Below are positions 1 through 9,389 of a stretch of DNA of 53,671 nt, piece after piece. Source of the DNA: a virus (taxonomy: Duplodnaviria > Caudoviricetes); the IMG/VR virus record IMGVR_UViG_3300044756_000026, positions 1-53,671 of that record. The stretch is one strand, 5' to 3'. The notes beneath the pieces are model-generated. The model saw only the letters and a list, made by a program, of their open reading frames with translations, did no database searches and was not told where the DNA came from. The translations under genes and the position numbers were made by a program. Every line of letters begins with the position of its first letter. Position 1 is the stretch's first letter.

Positions 1-231
1 CGCCCCCCCCGCGGCGCCCGCGCGCGGCACGCACACGAAGGCGAGCTCGCGAGTGTGCTTCAGGCTCGCGCCAGGTTTCTGGGGCTTTGCGTCTTTTGCC
101 ACAATACGGCTCTCACACAGCCACTATGCAGCCACCTCTCACCGGTGCTGATCTGGGGTTATGCGGATATTCGATGCGTGTGATATTGTAGTATTAGGCG
201 AAGCCGTTCCCCGGAAATAAAGGCGGTAGAG

Positions 232-687
232 ATGTCAGGGTTAAAAATGCCGCATCAGCGCGCATCCAGAGCACATTCGAAGAAGGCCAGTCAGGAGCTC
301 CGGCTGGTAGACGTGGAGATGGTGGAACAGCCTCCACTGCCCGATACATTCGTGTACGCGGACGAGGATTACGAATTTCATCCGCAAACAATCAAGTGGT
401 GGAACGTGTGGGGCAATTCACCCCTCGCGCCGGCCTTCACTGAGCAAGATTGGCAGGACCTGTTGGACACCGCCATTGTCCATTCCAAGCACTGGTATGG
501 GTTCAGTGATCGAGCAGCCGGTGAACTGCGCTCCCGCATGGCCCGATTCGGGGCGACTCCCCTGGATCGTGCGCGGTTGAGGATTATGTTCGTTGCCGCA
601 GAGAAGGCGGAAGAGACCGAAGAATATGCACAACAGTACAGTAAGGATGCGGTGCATGTTCGGAGGGGTGCATTGAAGTCAGTTTAA
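232..687 (+). CDS. terminase small subunit (actinophage type)
   Basis: First gene, upstream of TerL; motifs HPQTIKWW..W..SP...DW..L.DTA and ELR.R.A.FGATP.DR.RLRI are typical of actinophage TerS-like proteins. Confidence 0.7.
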   Translation: MSGLKMPHQRASRAHSKKASQELRLVDVEMVEQPPLPDTFVYADEDYEFHPQTIKWWNVWGNSPLAPAFTEQDWQDLLDTAIVHSKHWYGFSDRAAGELRSRMARFGATPLDRARLRIMFVAAEKAEETEEYAQQYSKDAVHVRRGALKSV

Positions 688-699
688 TCGGAAAGGAAC

Positions 700-1014
700 A
701 TGATGACCAAGAAGTCCGACGAACCAGAAGGCATTGATCCTGAGACGGGCATGACCACGTCCGATGCCGAGGCCTACAAGAAGACGGTCGAGGAGCAAAA
801 GAAGGCCGAGGAAGAGCAGCGGGAGGCTGCGGAGAAGTCCGAGGAGGAAGCGCAGGAGGAATACCACAAGCACCGCGAAGAGGGTGGCTTCGAAGCTCCC
901 TCGAGCGTACAGCTGCGCAAGGATCGCGAGAAGCGGGAGAAGGATTCCGGCTCATCTCGCGAGAAGACTCAGTCACAATCGTCCGCCGGCACGCGCGAGT
1001 CCAAGGATAAGTAA
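700..1014 (+). CDS. hypothetical charged protein
   Basis: GAAAGGA RBS; E/K-rich ORF filling the gap between TerS and TerL. Confidence 0.6.
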   Translation: MMTKKSDEPEGIDPETGMTTSDAEAYKKTVEEQKKAEEEQREAAEKSEEEAQEEYHKHREEGGFEAPSSVQLRKDREKREKDSGSSREKTQSQSSAGTRESKDK

Positions 1015-2673
1015 ATGCCATGGCGACCGAGTGAGCCAGGTGAGATACCCACTCTCGGTTACCATGCCATAAGCTGGATGTCAACATACCTGGCGGCGCC
1101 GGACCGTGCGGACTACGAGCCATTCATTCCATATGTGGAACAAGAAGATTTCATTCTTAAATGGTATGCGCTCTATCCAAACGGCCGGCGTCGCTTTAAT
1201 CGAGGCGTGTTCGGTCGACCGCGTGGGCACGGGAAATCTCCGTTGCTCGCTGCGTTAGCATGCTTCGAGGCGTTAGGCCCGGCGGTGTGGGATGGGTGGG
1301 ATGCAAGCGGTCAGCCAGTTGGTAAGCCGTGGAGTCGAGTGCGTACGCCTTGGGTTCACCTTGCCGCCGTGTCTGACGACCAGACTCGTAATACGTGGGA
1401 GCCAGTTCTGCAGATGTTGCGGGAGGAAGCTCCGGTCCACGACGACTACATCCTTGAACCGATGGAGACGTTCGTTCTCTTAGAGAACCGTGGGCGTATG
1501 ATGCCAATAACGTCGTCGGCACGTACCGTGAAAGGTGCACGTGCTCACTTCGCAGTATTGGATCAAACGGAAGAATGGATACCTAGCAATGGTGGAGTGC
1601 AATTCGCTCGCGTCATCCGAACCAACGCAGCCAAGATCGGTGGTACTACGCTTGAATCGCCGAACGCTTTTACCCCTGGTGAAGATTCGGTTGCTGAGAG
1701 GTCGAATGCGTTTCACGATTCAATCCTTGACGGCCGTGCGCGCGACAAAGGCCTTCTTTGGGATCATCGAGAGGCACCAGCAGAAACGGATATTGAAGAC
1801 TACGACTCGCTTATCCACGGCCTACGAGTCTCTTATGGCGACTCATCCGCACACCCAGACGGTTGCGTCATCCACGACCCTCCGTGCGGCCCTGGCCATG
1901 TGGACCTTGACCGACTCATTGCAACCATCTGGGATCCAACACAAGAGGAGCAAGACAGTCGTACAGATTTCCTGAATCAGATCACGCACGCGGCTGATCA
2001 GTGGATCACACACATACAGTGGGGAGCGGCACTTGATCTCGACAAGCCAGTCATCACCGCCGACGATCCGATTGTACTGGGGTTTGATGGCTCCATGGGA
2101 CGAACGAAAGGAAAAGCTGACGCGACGGCACTCGTCGGTGTTCGTGTGGCTGATGGGTATGCCTTCGAAGTGCGTGTATGGGAACAGCCACTTGGACCAT
2201 CTGGAAAGGATTGGCTTCCTTCCCCTATCGAAGTCGACAGAGAAGTACGTGCGTGTTTTGAAAGGTTTAAAGTTGTTGGATTCTATGCTGACCCCTCGGG
2301 CTGGACAGAACACGTTGCTCGCTGGGAATCGGCTTTTAGAAAGAGACTGCGTGTCAAGGCCACGCGTGAGCATCCCATTTCTTTTTGGCCTCAGCGACGA
2401 AATTTCAAGGTCGTCGATGCGGTTGAAAGGACCAGGATCGCTGTTTGTGCCGGTGAGCTCACGCACGACGGCTCGCCGAACCTGACGCGTCACGTATTGA
2501 ACGCACGCAAGCGAGAAACGACCTCGGGAATTTTGATCTACAAATCCTTCCCGAAATCGCCAAACAAGATCGACGCCGCCTATGCCTTGGTCATGGCATG
2601 GAGAGCACGCACCGACGCAATCGCTGCCGGTGTGGGTAGAAGCAAGACTCGTGGAAGGGTTGTAGTCGGATGA
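1015..2673 (+). CDS. terL: terminase large subunit
   Basis: Walker A RPRGHGKS, Walker B-like AVLDQTEEW, nuclease motifs LGFDGS...DATAL and C-terminal KIDAA. Confidence 0.95.
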   Translation: MPWRPSEPGEIPTLGYHAISWMSTYLAAPDRADYEPFIPYVEQEDFILKWYALYPNGRRRFNRGVFGRPRGHGKSPLLAALACFEALGPAVWDGWDASGQPVGKPWSRVRTPWVHLAAVSDDQTRNTWEPVLQMLREEAPVHDDYILEPMETFVLLENRGRMMPITSSARTVKGARAHFAVLDQTEEWIPSNGGVQFARVIRTNAAKIGGTTLESPNAFTPGEDSVAERSNAFHDSILDGRARDKGLLWDHREAPAETDIEDYDSLIHGLRVSYGDSSAHPDGCVIHDPPCGPGHVDLDRLIATIWDPTQEEQDSRTDFLNQITHAADQWITHIQWGAALDLDKPVITADDPIVLGFDGSMGRTKGKADATALVGVRVADGYAFEVRVWEQPLGPSGKDWLPSPIEVDREVRACFERFKVVGFYADPSGWTEHVARWESAFRKRLRVKATREHPISFWPQRRNFKVVDAVERTRIAVCAGELTHDGSPNLTRHVLNARKRETTSGILIYKSFPKSPNKIDAAYALVMAWRARTDAIAAGVGRSKTRGRVVVG

Positions 2674-2825
2674 TTGTTCTCGGTGTTATCCTGCTGGTTC
2701 TCGGAATTCTGTTCGGCATTAGCATCCTGTATTACGTCGGTGCTCTCCTCCTGATCCTCGGCGTTGTTTTCTGGATCCTTGGTGCCAGTGGTCACGCCGT
2801 TGGCGGAAGGTCGCGGTGGTACTAA
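2670..2825 (+). CDS. small two-TM membrane protein, 51 aa (not in ORF track)
   Basis: ATGA overlap with terL stop; MIVLGVILLVLGILFGISILYYVGALLLILGVVFWILGASGHAVGGRSRWY; resembles actinobacterial DUF6131-like proteins (from memory). Confidence 0.75.
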   Translation: MIVLGVILLVLGILFGISILYYVGALLLILGVVFWILGASGHAVGGRSRWY

Positions 2826-2826
2826 G

Positions 2827-4332
2827 ATGAGCTACCCCATCATGTTGCCGTCTTTGAGTTTTAAGACGCATGACCTGATTACTGAGTTGCAAAACCAGTT
2901 AGCCAGGTATCAGGTCATCAACCAGATTCTCAAGTCATTCTACGAAGCATCGCACATGCCGGCGAATCGTGGGTTCTCGGTGCCGCCAGTGATGAAGGAC
3001 ATTGTCACTGTCATGGGCTGGCCCGGCACGATTGTGGACGTCATCGACGAGCGCCTCGAATGGCAAGGTTGGATGAACGCTGACGGCTCGGTCTCTTCGG
3101 ACAATGCCAACAAACCAATGTCGTGGCACGACGAGGTTTACCTGGAGAACCAACTTGGGGTAGAATCATCGCTCGTGCATCTTGACTCACTCGTCTACGG
3201 ATGTGGCTTCGTTTGTGTGGGAACTCGGTCCCCCGACGATAAGAACAAAACGCCACTAATCACCATTGAATCCACGATGTGGACTACCGGGATTTACAAC
3301 GTACAGAAACGGTGCTTCGATGCTGTCATCGCAGGCCGCTGTAACAACGAGGGTAACCTCGTCGCTGCGACACTCTATGAACCCAACCGGACTACTCAAT
3401 TGTCCCGTAGTGGCGTGTATGGTAACACGTGGTTCATCAGCGACTGGGATGATCACAACTTGGGTCGTGTCCCCGTCGTGCCCTTCATTAATCGTCCTAC
3501 GGCTTCGCGCCGCGAGGGACGTTCGGAAATTACTCGTGCGATTCGGTGCTATACAGACATAGCAATCCGCACGATAATGGGAATGGAGACGAACCGTGAG
3601 TTCTTTAACAGCCCTCAACGTTACCTTCTCGGTGGGAATGAAGAAGCCTTCACAGATCAAGCGGGAAACCCAATCAGCCCCTGGCAGGCTGTTATGGGAA
3701 GGGTATGGGCGCTTGAGCGAGACGAGAACGACGAGCTACCCACTGTGGGTCAGTTTAACCCATCTGCTGCCCGTCCGTATCTGGATCAGGTTCAAGGTCT
3801 CTCTCAACTCGTCGCAGCAGAAGCGGGTATTCCTACTACATACCTCGGGTTCTTCTCAGAGAATCCCTCGAGCGCCGATGCCATCCGAGCCCTTGAGTCT
3901 AGACTCATTAAGCGGACTGAGCGTCGGCAAACCAGCTTCGGACGCAGTTGGAATGAAGTGGGAGAGCTCGCCGCTCTGATCGGCAAGCAACCCGAGATGA
4001 GAGTCGACAGCCAATGGCGAAACGCAGCAACTCCGACCCAACAGGCAGACGCAGACTCCGCAATGAAATTGGTGTCTACAAATATCTTGCTTCCCGACTC
4101 CGAGGTCACGTACAAGCGGATCAACCTCACACCGATCGAGAAGAAGATTCTCGCGAAGGAAAAGAAGAAGGCGGAAGCGAAGGCACTAATTGAAGGGGTG
4201 TTGAATGGACCACAACCAGTACCGCCTGGTACTCCAAAGGCTGGAGGAGGTGATGGTGCAGGGCTTGTGGGCAGCAATGGACGCGTACCCGCTGCGGCGG
4301 GATCTAGTGGAGGTGCTCCCGGAAATCGTTGA
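2827..4332 (+). CDS. portal protein
   Basis: Position after TerL; motifs GWP..IVD...ERL, HNLGRVPVVPF.NR, GRSEI, NPSSADAIRA.E.RL; start at MSYP. Confidence 0.92.
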   Translation: MSYPIMLPSLSFKTHDLITELQNQLARYQVINQILKSFYEASHMPANRGFSVPPVMKDIVTVMGWPGTIVDVIDERLEWQGWMNADGSVSSDNANKPMSWHDEVYLENQLGVESSLVHLDSLVYGCGFVCVGTRSPDDKNKTPLITIESTMWTTGIYNVQKRCFDAVIAGRCNNEGNLVAATLYEPNRTTQLSRSGVYGNTWFISDWDDHNLGRVPVVPFINRPTASRREGRSEITRAIRCYTDIAIRTIMGMETNREFFNSPQRYLLGGNEEAFTDQAGNPISPWQAVMGRVWALERDENDELPTVGQFNPSAARPYLDQVQGLSQLVAAEAGIPTTYLGFFSENPSSADAIRALESRLIKRTERRQTSFGRSWNEVGELAALIGKQPEMRVDSQWRNAATPTQQADADSAMKLVSTNILLPDSEVTYKRINLTPIEKKILAKEKKKAEAKALIEGVLNGPQPVPPGTPKAGGGDGAGLVGSNGRVPAAAGSSGGAPGNR

Positions 4333-4864
4333 GGCTGCGTCATTCCCTGCAGCAGTCGCGGCACAAACATACTACGACGCGCTGAACCTCGAGTCCGACT
4401 TCGAGTCCGATGTGTACGAAGTTCCCGACTTGGCCAAACGACTCACCGGTACAGCTTGGTGGGCGACCGGTCAAGATGCCGCACTGGAGTTGATGAAGTC
4501 AGCTGGTGTCAAAGCAATTCATGACACGGCACGCGAGACGTTGATTCAGAACGTCAAGCGTGAAGGCGGCAAGTGGTTCAGGGAACCGAAAGAAGATACG
4601 TGCCCGTGGTGCCGCCTGCTAACCGTAAAGCCGAAGATCTATAAGTCTGATCATTTGTCGTGTGCGTCGCATTACGGGTGCACGTGTGATGTTGCCGTCT
4701 TGCGTCCTGGGATGACGCGAGAACGTCCGAAACATCATCGCGCGTGGGAACGTGAATACGAACGCGCACGGACAATGTCAGCGTCCGGTACAGTTGACGA
4801 CGTGGTTAACGCCTGGGGTCAATTGCTCAAGCAAGTTGACAATACCGGGCTAGCAAGTGCATAA
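4253..4864 (+). CDS. capsid maturation / MuF-like minor head protein
   Basis: After portal; C-P-W-C and H-x-x-C-x-C motifs; GGAGGAGG RBS; exact start uncertain (4253 or 4256). Confidence 0.7.
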   Translation: MVQGLWAAMDAYPLRRDLVEVLPEIVEAASFPAAVAAQTYYDALNLESDFESDVYEVPDLAKRLTGTAWWATGQDAALELMKSAGVKAIHDTARETLIQNVKREGGKWFREPKEDTCPWCRLLTVKPKIYKSDHLSCASHYGCTCDVAVLRPGMTRERPKHHRAWEREYERARTMSASGTVDDVVNAWGQLLKQVDNTGLASA

Positions 4865-4865
4865 T
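4836..4865 (+). promoter_or_regulatory. SigA-type promoter
   Basis: TTGACA (4836-4841), 18 nt spacer, CATAAT (4860-4865). Confidence 0.7.
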
Positions 4866-4869
4866 GACA

Positions 4870-5000
4870 TTGTGACAACACGCGCTGCGGAATTTCGCGT
4901 TTCGTGTGCGCCCTTTCGCCGCACCGCGTAATTGTCGCAACGAAGACCCGGTCTCCGGAAAGAATGTGTATGTGTGTGCGCATCCGGAACCGGGTCTTCA
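4870..5000 (+). ncRNA. candidate structured RNA or leader
   Basis: Stems 4870-4878/4932-4940, 4880-4884/4925-4929, 4886-4890/4919-4923, 4942-4952/4989-4999, 4954-4959/4983-4988; begins at the predicted +1. Confidence 0.5.
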
Positions 5001-5025
5001 CCTAGGAAAAACAAAAGGAGAAATC

Positions 5026-5367
5026 ATGACGCATTACCCGAAGGATCCTGATGAACCGCGACGCCCGGTAGGCCCATTCGATACCGAGGTGCACGACGAG
5101 AGGGCTCGCAAGGCAGCAGGAGTCGCAACGATCCTCGCAGCCATCGCGGGATTGATCGGACTCGTGGCGCTCATTCTGGCGATTGTTCACACGTCTCAGG
5201 ACTTCGCGCCGGCGAACTGCGATCCGTCGACCGATTACGTCTGCAAGCCCGAGACGCAAACGCAGACGACAACGACGCAAGTTCCGTCGACTTCGCTGTC
5301 GCCCACTTCAGTTCCAGTTCCTACGTCATCGCCGTCTGAAACGGTAACGACTACGGTGGTGCCATGA
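5026..5367 (+). CDS. membrane protein with Thr/Ser/Pro-rich tail
   Basis: AGGAG RBS; one TM helix (VATILAAIAGLIGLVALILAIV) followed by a T/S/P-rich stalk. Confidence 0.7.
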   Translation: MTHYPKDPDEPRRPVGPFDTEVHDERARKAAGVATILAAIAGLIGLVALILAIVHTSQDFAPANCDPSTDYVCKPETQTQTTTTQVPSTSLSPTSVPVPTSSPSETVTTTVVP

Positions 5368-5861
5368 CCGCTACTTCGCTCCTCACGTTCCCAGTGACTG
5401 GGGACTGGAGTAGTCAGGATGAACCGCGTCCTGGCGATGCTTCAACGGATATCATCCGAGGCATCGTTTATGGGCACGTGCTGTTCACTCCGCGACTACC
5501 TCATGGATTCGTCGCGTACGTCGATCAGTTCGATCTGTCACCCGCGGGGGATGGCAGTGTAAAACGACCTACAGCCGTGTCTGTTACTCCGCTCGGCGCA
5601 CACATCCATGGCGGACGTTTGTGCTCGCAGGTGACTGGCTTCCCGCCGGTGATCGAACTGGTCTCCAATGATCCTCGACTCGCACTGTCGTCCAATCCCG
5701 ACGTGATGGACGGCGAACTGATCTATGACGTCAAGTTCTACGATACAACCTTTAGCGGTGTGGTATACGAAATTGAGAACTTCGCGTTCTCTGCTCCGGT
5801 CGACGCAACAGCCGTAGTGTTGACCTCACCCACACTGCCGCGTTTGAAGTACAACGGCTAA
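5364..5861 (+). CDS. hypothetical virion-associated protein
   Basis: ATGA overlap; beta-rich ORF in the head operon. Confidence 0.6.
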   Translation: MTATSLLTFPVTGDWSSQDEPRPGDASTDIIRGIVYGHVLFTPRLPHGFVAYVDQFDLSPAGDGSVKRPTAVSVTPLGAHIHGGRLCSQVTGFPPVIELVSNDPRLALSSNPDVMDGELIYDVKFYDTTFSGVVYEIENFAFSAPVDATAVVLTSPTLPRLKYNG

Positions 5862-5912
5862 CGAATTTTACGCGAACGTCCCGCGGTAATGGACGGCCAC
5901 TGATAAGGAGAT

Positions 5913-6476
5913 ATGATGTCTGTAGATGCAGGTCAGCAACAGGATGATTCTGGACAGTCTGGTGGAGATACCGGCCAACAGCAATCGTCCTCTCAATTTA
6001 CGCCCATGACGATCAGGTCGCAGGAAGAACTTGATCGGATGTTTTCGGCTCGTGCGGCACAAGCGGCGCGCGCTGAAGCAGCGAAGTATTCCGACTACTC
6101 TGCGCTCAAGGAAAAGGCCTCCAAGTGGGACAGCCACGAGACCGAATCCATGGACGAGGTTACTCGGGAGCGAACGGCTCGTGAACAGGCGGAACGAGAG
6201 CGGGATGCTCTCCGTCAGGAAAAGGAACGTTCGAAGCTGATCGGCGACATTGCGAAGGAAAAGTCTGAAGGGCTACCAATTGCCTTGGACCCGTCGCTGC
6301 TCGTCGGCAACACTCGGGAAGAAATTGAGGAGTCTGCTGAACGATTGAAGGCATACCTGGGTCAGGCAACTGGCCCGCGTCCACCCGCATATAATCCCGC
6401 TCAAGGTCATAACGGAGCACAACAGGAACCGCAAGGTGACTGGCTACGTAACGCCATGACCGGGAGAATTCCATAG
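5913..6476 (+). CDS. scaffolding protein
   Basis: Directly before the capsid gene; SQEELDR, KY.DY..LK.KA, G.T.EE....A..L motifs. Confidence 0.88.
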   Translation: MMSVDAGQQQDDSGQSGGDTGQQQSSSQFTPMTIRSQEELDRMFSARAAQAARAEAAKYSDYSALKEKASKWDSHETESMDEVTRERTAREQAERERDALRQEKERSKLIGDIAKEKSEGLPIALDPSLLVGNTREEIEESAERLKAYLGQATGPRPPAYNPAQGHNGAQQEPQGDWLRNAMTGRIP

Positions 6477-6493
6477 AAAGAAGGTCCATTAAC

Positions 6494-7489
6494 ATGGCCG
6501 GATACCAGCAAGTACAAGATCGGCAGGCGTTTGGAAACGCCACCGATATCTTCCTGCCCGATCAGGTCGTCAATGAGGTGCTGCAATCGGCGCCGGTGTC
6601 ATCGACGATTCTCGCTCGCGCACGACAGATCCGCATGTCCTCGCGGAGCATGAAGCAGCCGGTGCTCGCATCGCTGCCTGATGCCTACTGGGTCAACGGA
6701 GAACCGCACACCCCAGCGGTGTCGGATTCGACGCAGGGTCTGAAGCAGACCACACGCATCACGTGGGACAAGGTGACGATGACGGCTGAAGAGCTGGCCG
6801 TGATCGTGCCGATTCCCGATGCGCTGATCGACGACGCCAACATCCCATTGTGGGCATCGGTACGTCCGTTGCTCGTCGAAGCACTGGGCAAGAAGATCGA
6901 CGAGGCAATCCTCTTCGGTGTGGACAAGCCTGCTGCATGGCCGGCTGCCCTCGTTCCCGGTGCCATCGCTGCGGGTAATACCGTTGCGGCTGGAACGGGT
7001 GACGACCTCGGTGTCGATGTTGCCCAGCTCGGTGAGATCATGGCGAAGAAGGGACTCGCGATCAACGGGTTCATTTCTCGGCCCGGTCTGCAGTGGTCGT
7101 TGATCGGACTCCGCAACAACGGCAACCCGATCTACACGCCGCCGCTGAGTACCGATCTGTCGAAGGCGCCGGCTTCTGGTTTCTACGGCTATCCGCTCAA
7201 CGAGGTCACCACTGGCGTGTGGGATGACACTGCCGCCGAAATGGTGACCGCTGACTGGTCTCGCGTCGTCGTCGGTATCCGTCAGGATATCACGTTCTCG
7301 ATGTTCTCCGAAGGCGTTATCTCGGATGACACCGGCAAGATCGTGATCAACCTGATGCAGCAGGACACGAAGGCTCTGCGCGTTGTGATGCGCGTCGGGT
7401 ACTCCGTTGCCATGCCGGCGAACCGTCTCGAGGCTGATCGAAGCAAGTTGTTCCCGGCCGGTGTAATCACGCCGGATCTCACCCCGTAG
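6494..7489 (+). CDS. major capsid protein (HK97 fold)
   Basis: AYWVNGE, AEELAVIVPIPD, D.AILFG, MQQD..ALRVVMRVG motifs. Confidence 0.93.
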   Translation: MAGYQQVQDRQAFGNATDIFLPDQVVNEVLQSAPVSSTILARARQIRMSSRSMKQPVLASLPDAYWVNGEPHTPAVSDSTQGLKQTTRITWDKVTMTAEELAVIVPIPDALIDDANIPLWASVRPLLVEALGKKIDEAILFGVDKPAAWPAALVPGAIAAGNTVAAGTGDDLGVDVAQLGEIMAKKGLAINGFISRPGLQWSLIGLRNNGNPIYTPPLSTDLSKAPASGFYGYPLNEVTTGVWDDTAAEMVTADWSRVVVGIRQDITFSMFSEGVISDDTGKIVINLMQQDTKALRVVMRVGYSVAMPANRLEADRSKLFPAGVITPDLTP

Positions 7490-7497
7490 GAGGAATC

Positions 7498-7728
7498 ATG
7501 CAGGTCTGGGTCAATGCAACAGGCGAGGAGCTACGAGTTCACAACACGGACCCGAATGCTCTTCAAGCTCTTCGTAATTGTGGGTTTGTGCCCGCGAACG
7601 GAGACGAACCTGAGCCACCTGTAGCCAGGCGGACTCGAACAGCAGTACTCGTGCCCGAGGAAGACGACCTGGATGTCGATGAGCGACCAGTGAGGCGGAA
7701 GCGTCCAGCGCGAAAGAAGGTCGGATGA
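7498..7728 (+). CDS. hypothetical protein
   Basis: AGGAGG RBS; small ORF after the capsid gene. Confidence 0.6.
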   Translation: MQVWVNATGEELRVHNTDPNALQALRNCGFVPANGDEPEPPVARRTRTAVLVPEEDDLDVDERPVRRKRPARKKVG

Positions 7729-8234
7729 CCGATCCCGAACCAGTTGCTCCGCCTGCGCCGTTCACACCGGAAGATTTTAAGGGCCGGGTGCCTGCGTGGA
7801 ACGCGAGCAACGTCCAACAGGATATTGACGACGTATGGGCAATGGTCTTAGAGATTGCGCCGTGTATCGCCGATGAGGATTTCGATAAAATGCCGGTGGT
7901 GATCGCCATCGTCCGGCCGGTAATCGAACGCCGAGCGGGTGTGCACAAGCAAGATGTCGCAGGACCATTCCAGGTCACCTGGGAAACAGGTGGCGTACCA
8001 CAAGGTGGAGGTGTTTTTTACCCATCAGAGATCAATGCATTGCAGAAGTTATGTGGGAAGCGTACTCGAGGGGCGGCTTTTGAAATTGACACGCTTCCGG
8101 TCGACCATATGACCTACGCACCGCTGACTGGAGTTGTGGTCAACGGCGATGCATGTCTGAATGGACCGCCTGGTGAGTGGTCAGAAGAGGAGCTACCACT
8201 ATCTGGGTGGGTGGATGATGGCGCGGTACATTGA
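7725..8234 (+). CDS. head-to-tail adaptor
   Basis: APCI, AGPF, F.PSEI..LQ.LC, AF.IDT motifs; synteny. Confidence 0.78.
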   Translation: MTDPEPVAPPAPFTPEDFKGRVPAWNASNVQQDIDDVWAMVLEIAPCIADEDFDKMPVVIAIVRPVIERRAGVHKQDVAGPFQVTWETGGVPQGGGVFYPSEINALQKLCGKRTRGAAFEIDTLPVDHMTYAPLTGVVVNGDACLNGPPGEWSEEELPLSGWVDDGAVH

Positions 8235-8583
8235 GCAGTTTGTGCTGCTATATCCACTCATAGATCCTGCTCCACAGGATGCGCACGGGAATGATATAGA
8301 TGATTGGGAGGACGCCGACCCTGATGGTGTGGGTGTCTATGGTTGGGGAGCACCTGACTCCAACGAGCCCTTTCTTCAAGATGCACAAGAGCGAGTCGCA
8401 GAGACGGTGAGCTTGTATGTGTACCCTGATTTCCCGGGCAAAACCAAAGACCTCATTCAATTAGGCATAGATGACACGCTGCCAAAGTACCGAATCATGG
8501 ACGGTGAACCGGCTCAATACCTTCATGGTCCGTTTGGATTCGCACCAGGAACCGTCGTGCATCTCGTATTGACGGAGGGCTAA
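8218..8583 (+). CDS. head-to-tail stopper
   Basis: D.HGN...DW and PFG..PG..V.L...EG motifs; synteny. Confidence 0.75.
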   Translation: MARYIEQFVLLYPLIDPAPQDAHGNDIDDWEDADPDGVGVYGWGAPDSNEPFLQDAQERVAETVSLYVYPDFPGKTKDLIQLGIDDTLPKYRIMDGEPAQYLHGPFGFAPGTVVHLVLTEG

Positions 8584-8900
8584 TGGTTGAAATCACGCGG
8601 CAAGTTTGGAACATTCAGGAGTTCAATCGGATACGTAAGCAAGAAGGAATGCGTCGTATCATTACGCGTCACTGCCGTGCGCAAGCGGCAGAGGCGAGTA
8701 GTGACTTTTATGCCACAGCAGGAACCGGGCTGAACAAGGCTCAATCTCATGCGAACCGTCCACCCTACGATTGGGCAATTCGCGAGTTCCACGATCGCCT
8801 CAGCGGTCAAGTGAGAACATCGACGAACGCTGCACGGCGTCATGAGACGAAGAGTTCATCCCTGTTACGTGTCGTGGCAAGGAATGCAGGTGGATTTTGA
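8583..8900 (+). CDS. neck / tail completion protein
   Basis: Synteny between stopper and terminator. Confidence 0.55.
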   Translation: MVEITRQVWNIQEFNRIRKQEGMRRIITRHCRAQAAEASSDFYATAGTGLNKAQSHANRPPYDWAIREFHDRLSGQVRTSTNAARRHETKSSSLLRVVARNAGGF

Positions 8901-9388
8901 CTCAGCCGCAGTACACCCAGCAGTTCGTTGAGTTCCCGCCAGCAGAAACAATGGTGCGTGAATACCTCATCCACAGGATCGCAATGGATACAGATATTGA
9001 TCCAGACTTGTGGTCGGTGCACACACGTATCCCCAGAAAGAGACCATCGTCATTCATACGCTTCTACATTGACGGGGGACCAATGGTCAACCCGGTGGTG
9101 TGGGCGTGTCAGATAGTCACGATGGTTCATCAATATGGGCTGGTGCCGGTTACGGCTGGTATCGGTCCAACAGCAGAAGTAATCGCATTCAAAGTCATGA
9201 GTTGGATGACGAATGCGGCTGGTCGTTCGGGAGTGCCAGGTCCCCATATGAATACCAGTGGGCAAGTGATGTTAGCAAGACACATATCCGGTCCAGAAAA
9301 TGTCGGAGATACCGACGTTCCGGACGCAGCGGTGTACCGGATTGCATCCCAATGGTTCATATATCCATCCTCTATTAAGGAGTACTGA
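8897..9388 (+). CDS. tail terminator
   Basis: V.T.IP..RP..F...GG motif; immediately upstream of the major tail gene. Confidence 0.7.
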   Translation: MTQPQYTQQFVEFPPAETMVREYLIHRIAMDTDIDPDLWSVHTRIPRKRPSSFIRFYIDGGPMVNPVVWACQIVTMVHQYGLVPVTAGIGPTAEVIAFKVMSWMTNAAGRSGVPGPHMNTSGQVMLARHISGPENVGDTDVPDAAVYRIASQWFIYPSSIKEY

Positions 9389-9389
9389 C

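Noticed and set aside
4870-5000. tRNA gene
   Set aside because: No TTCGA T-loop, cloverleaf or CCA end
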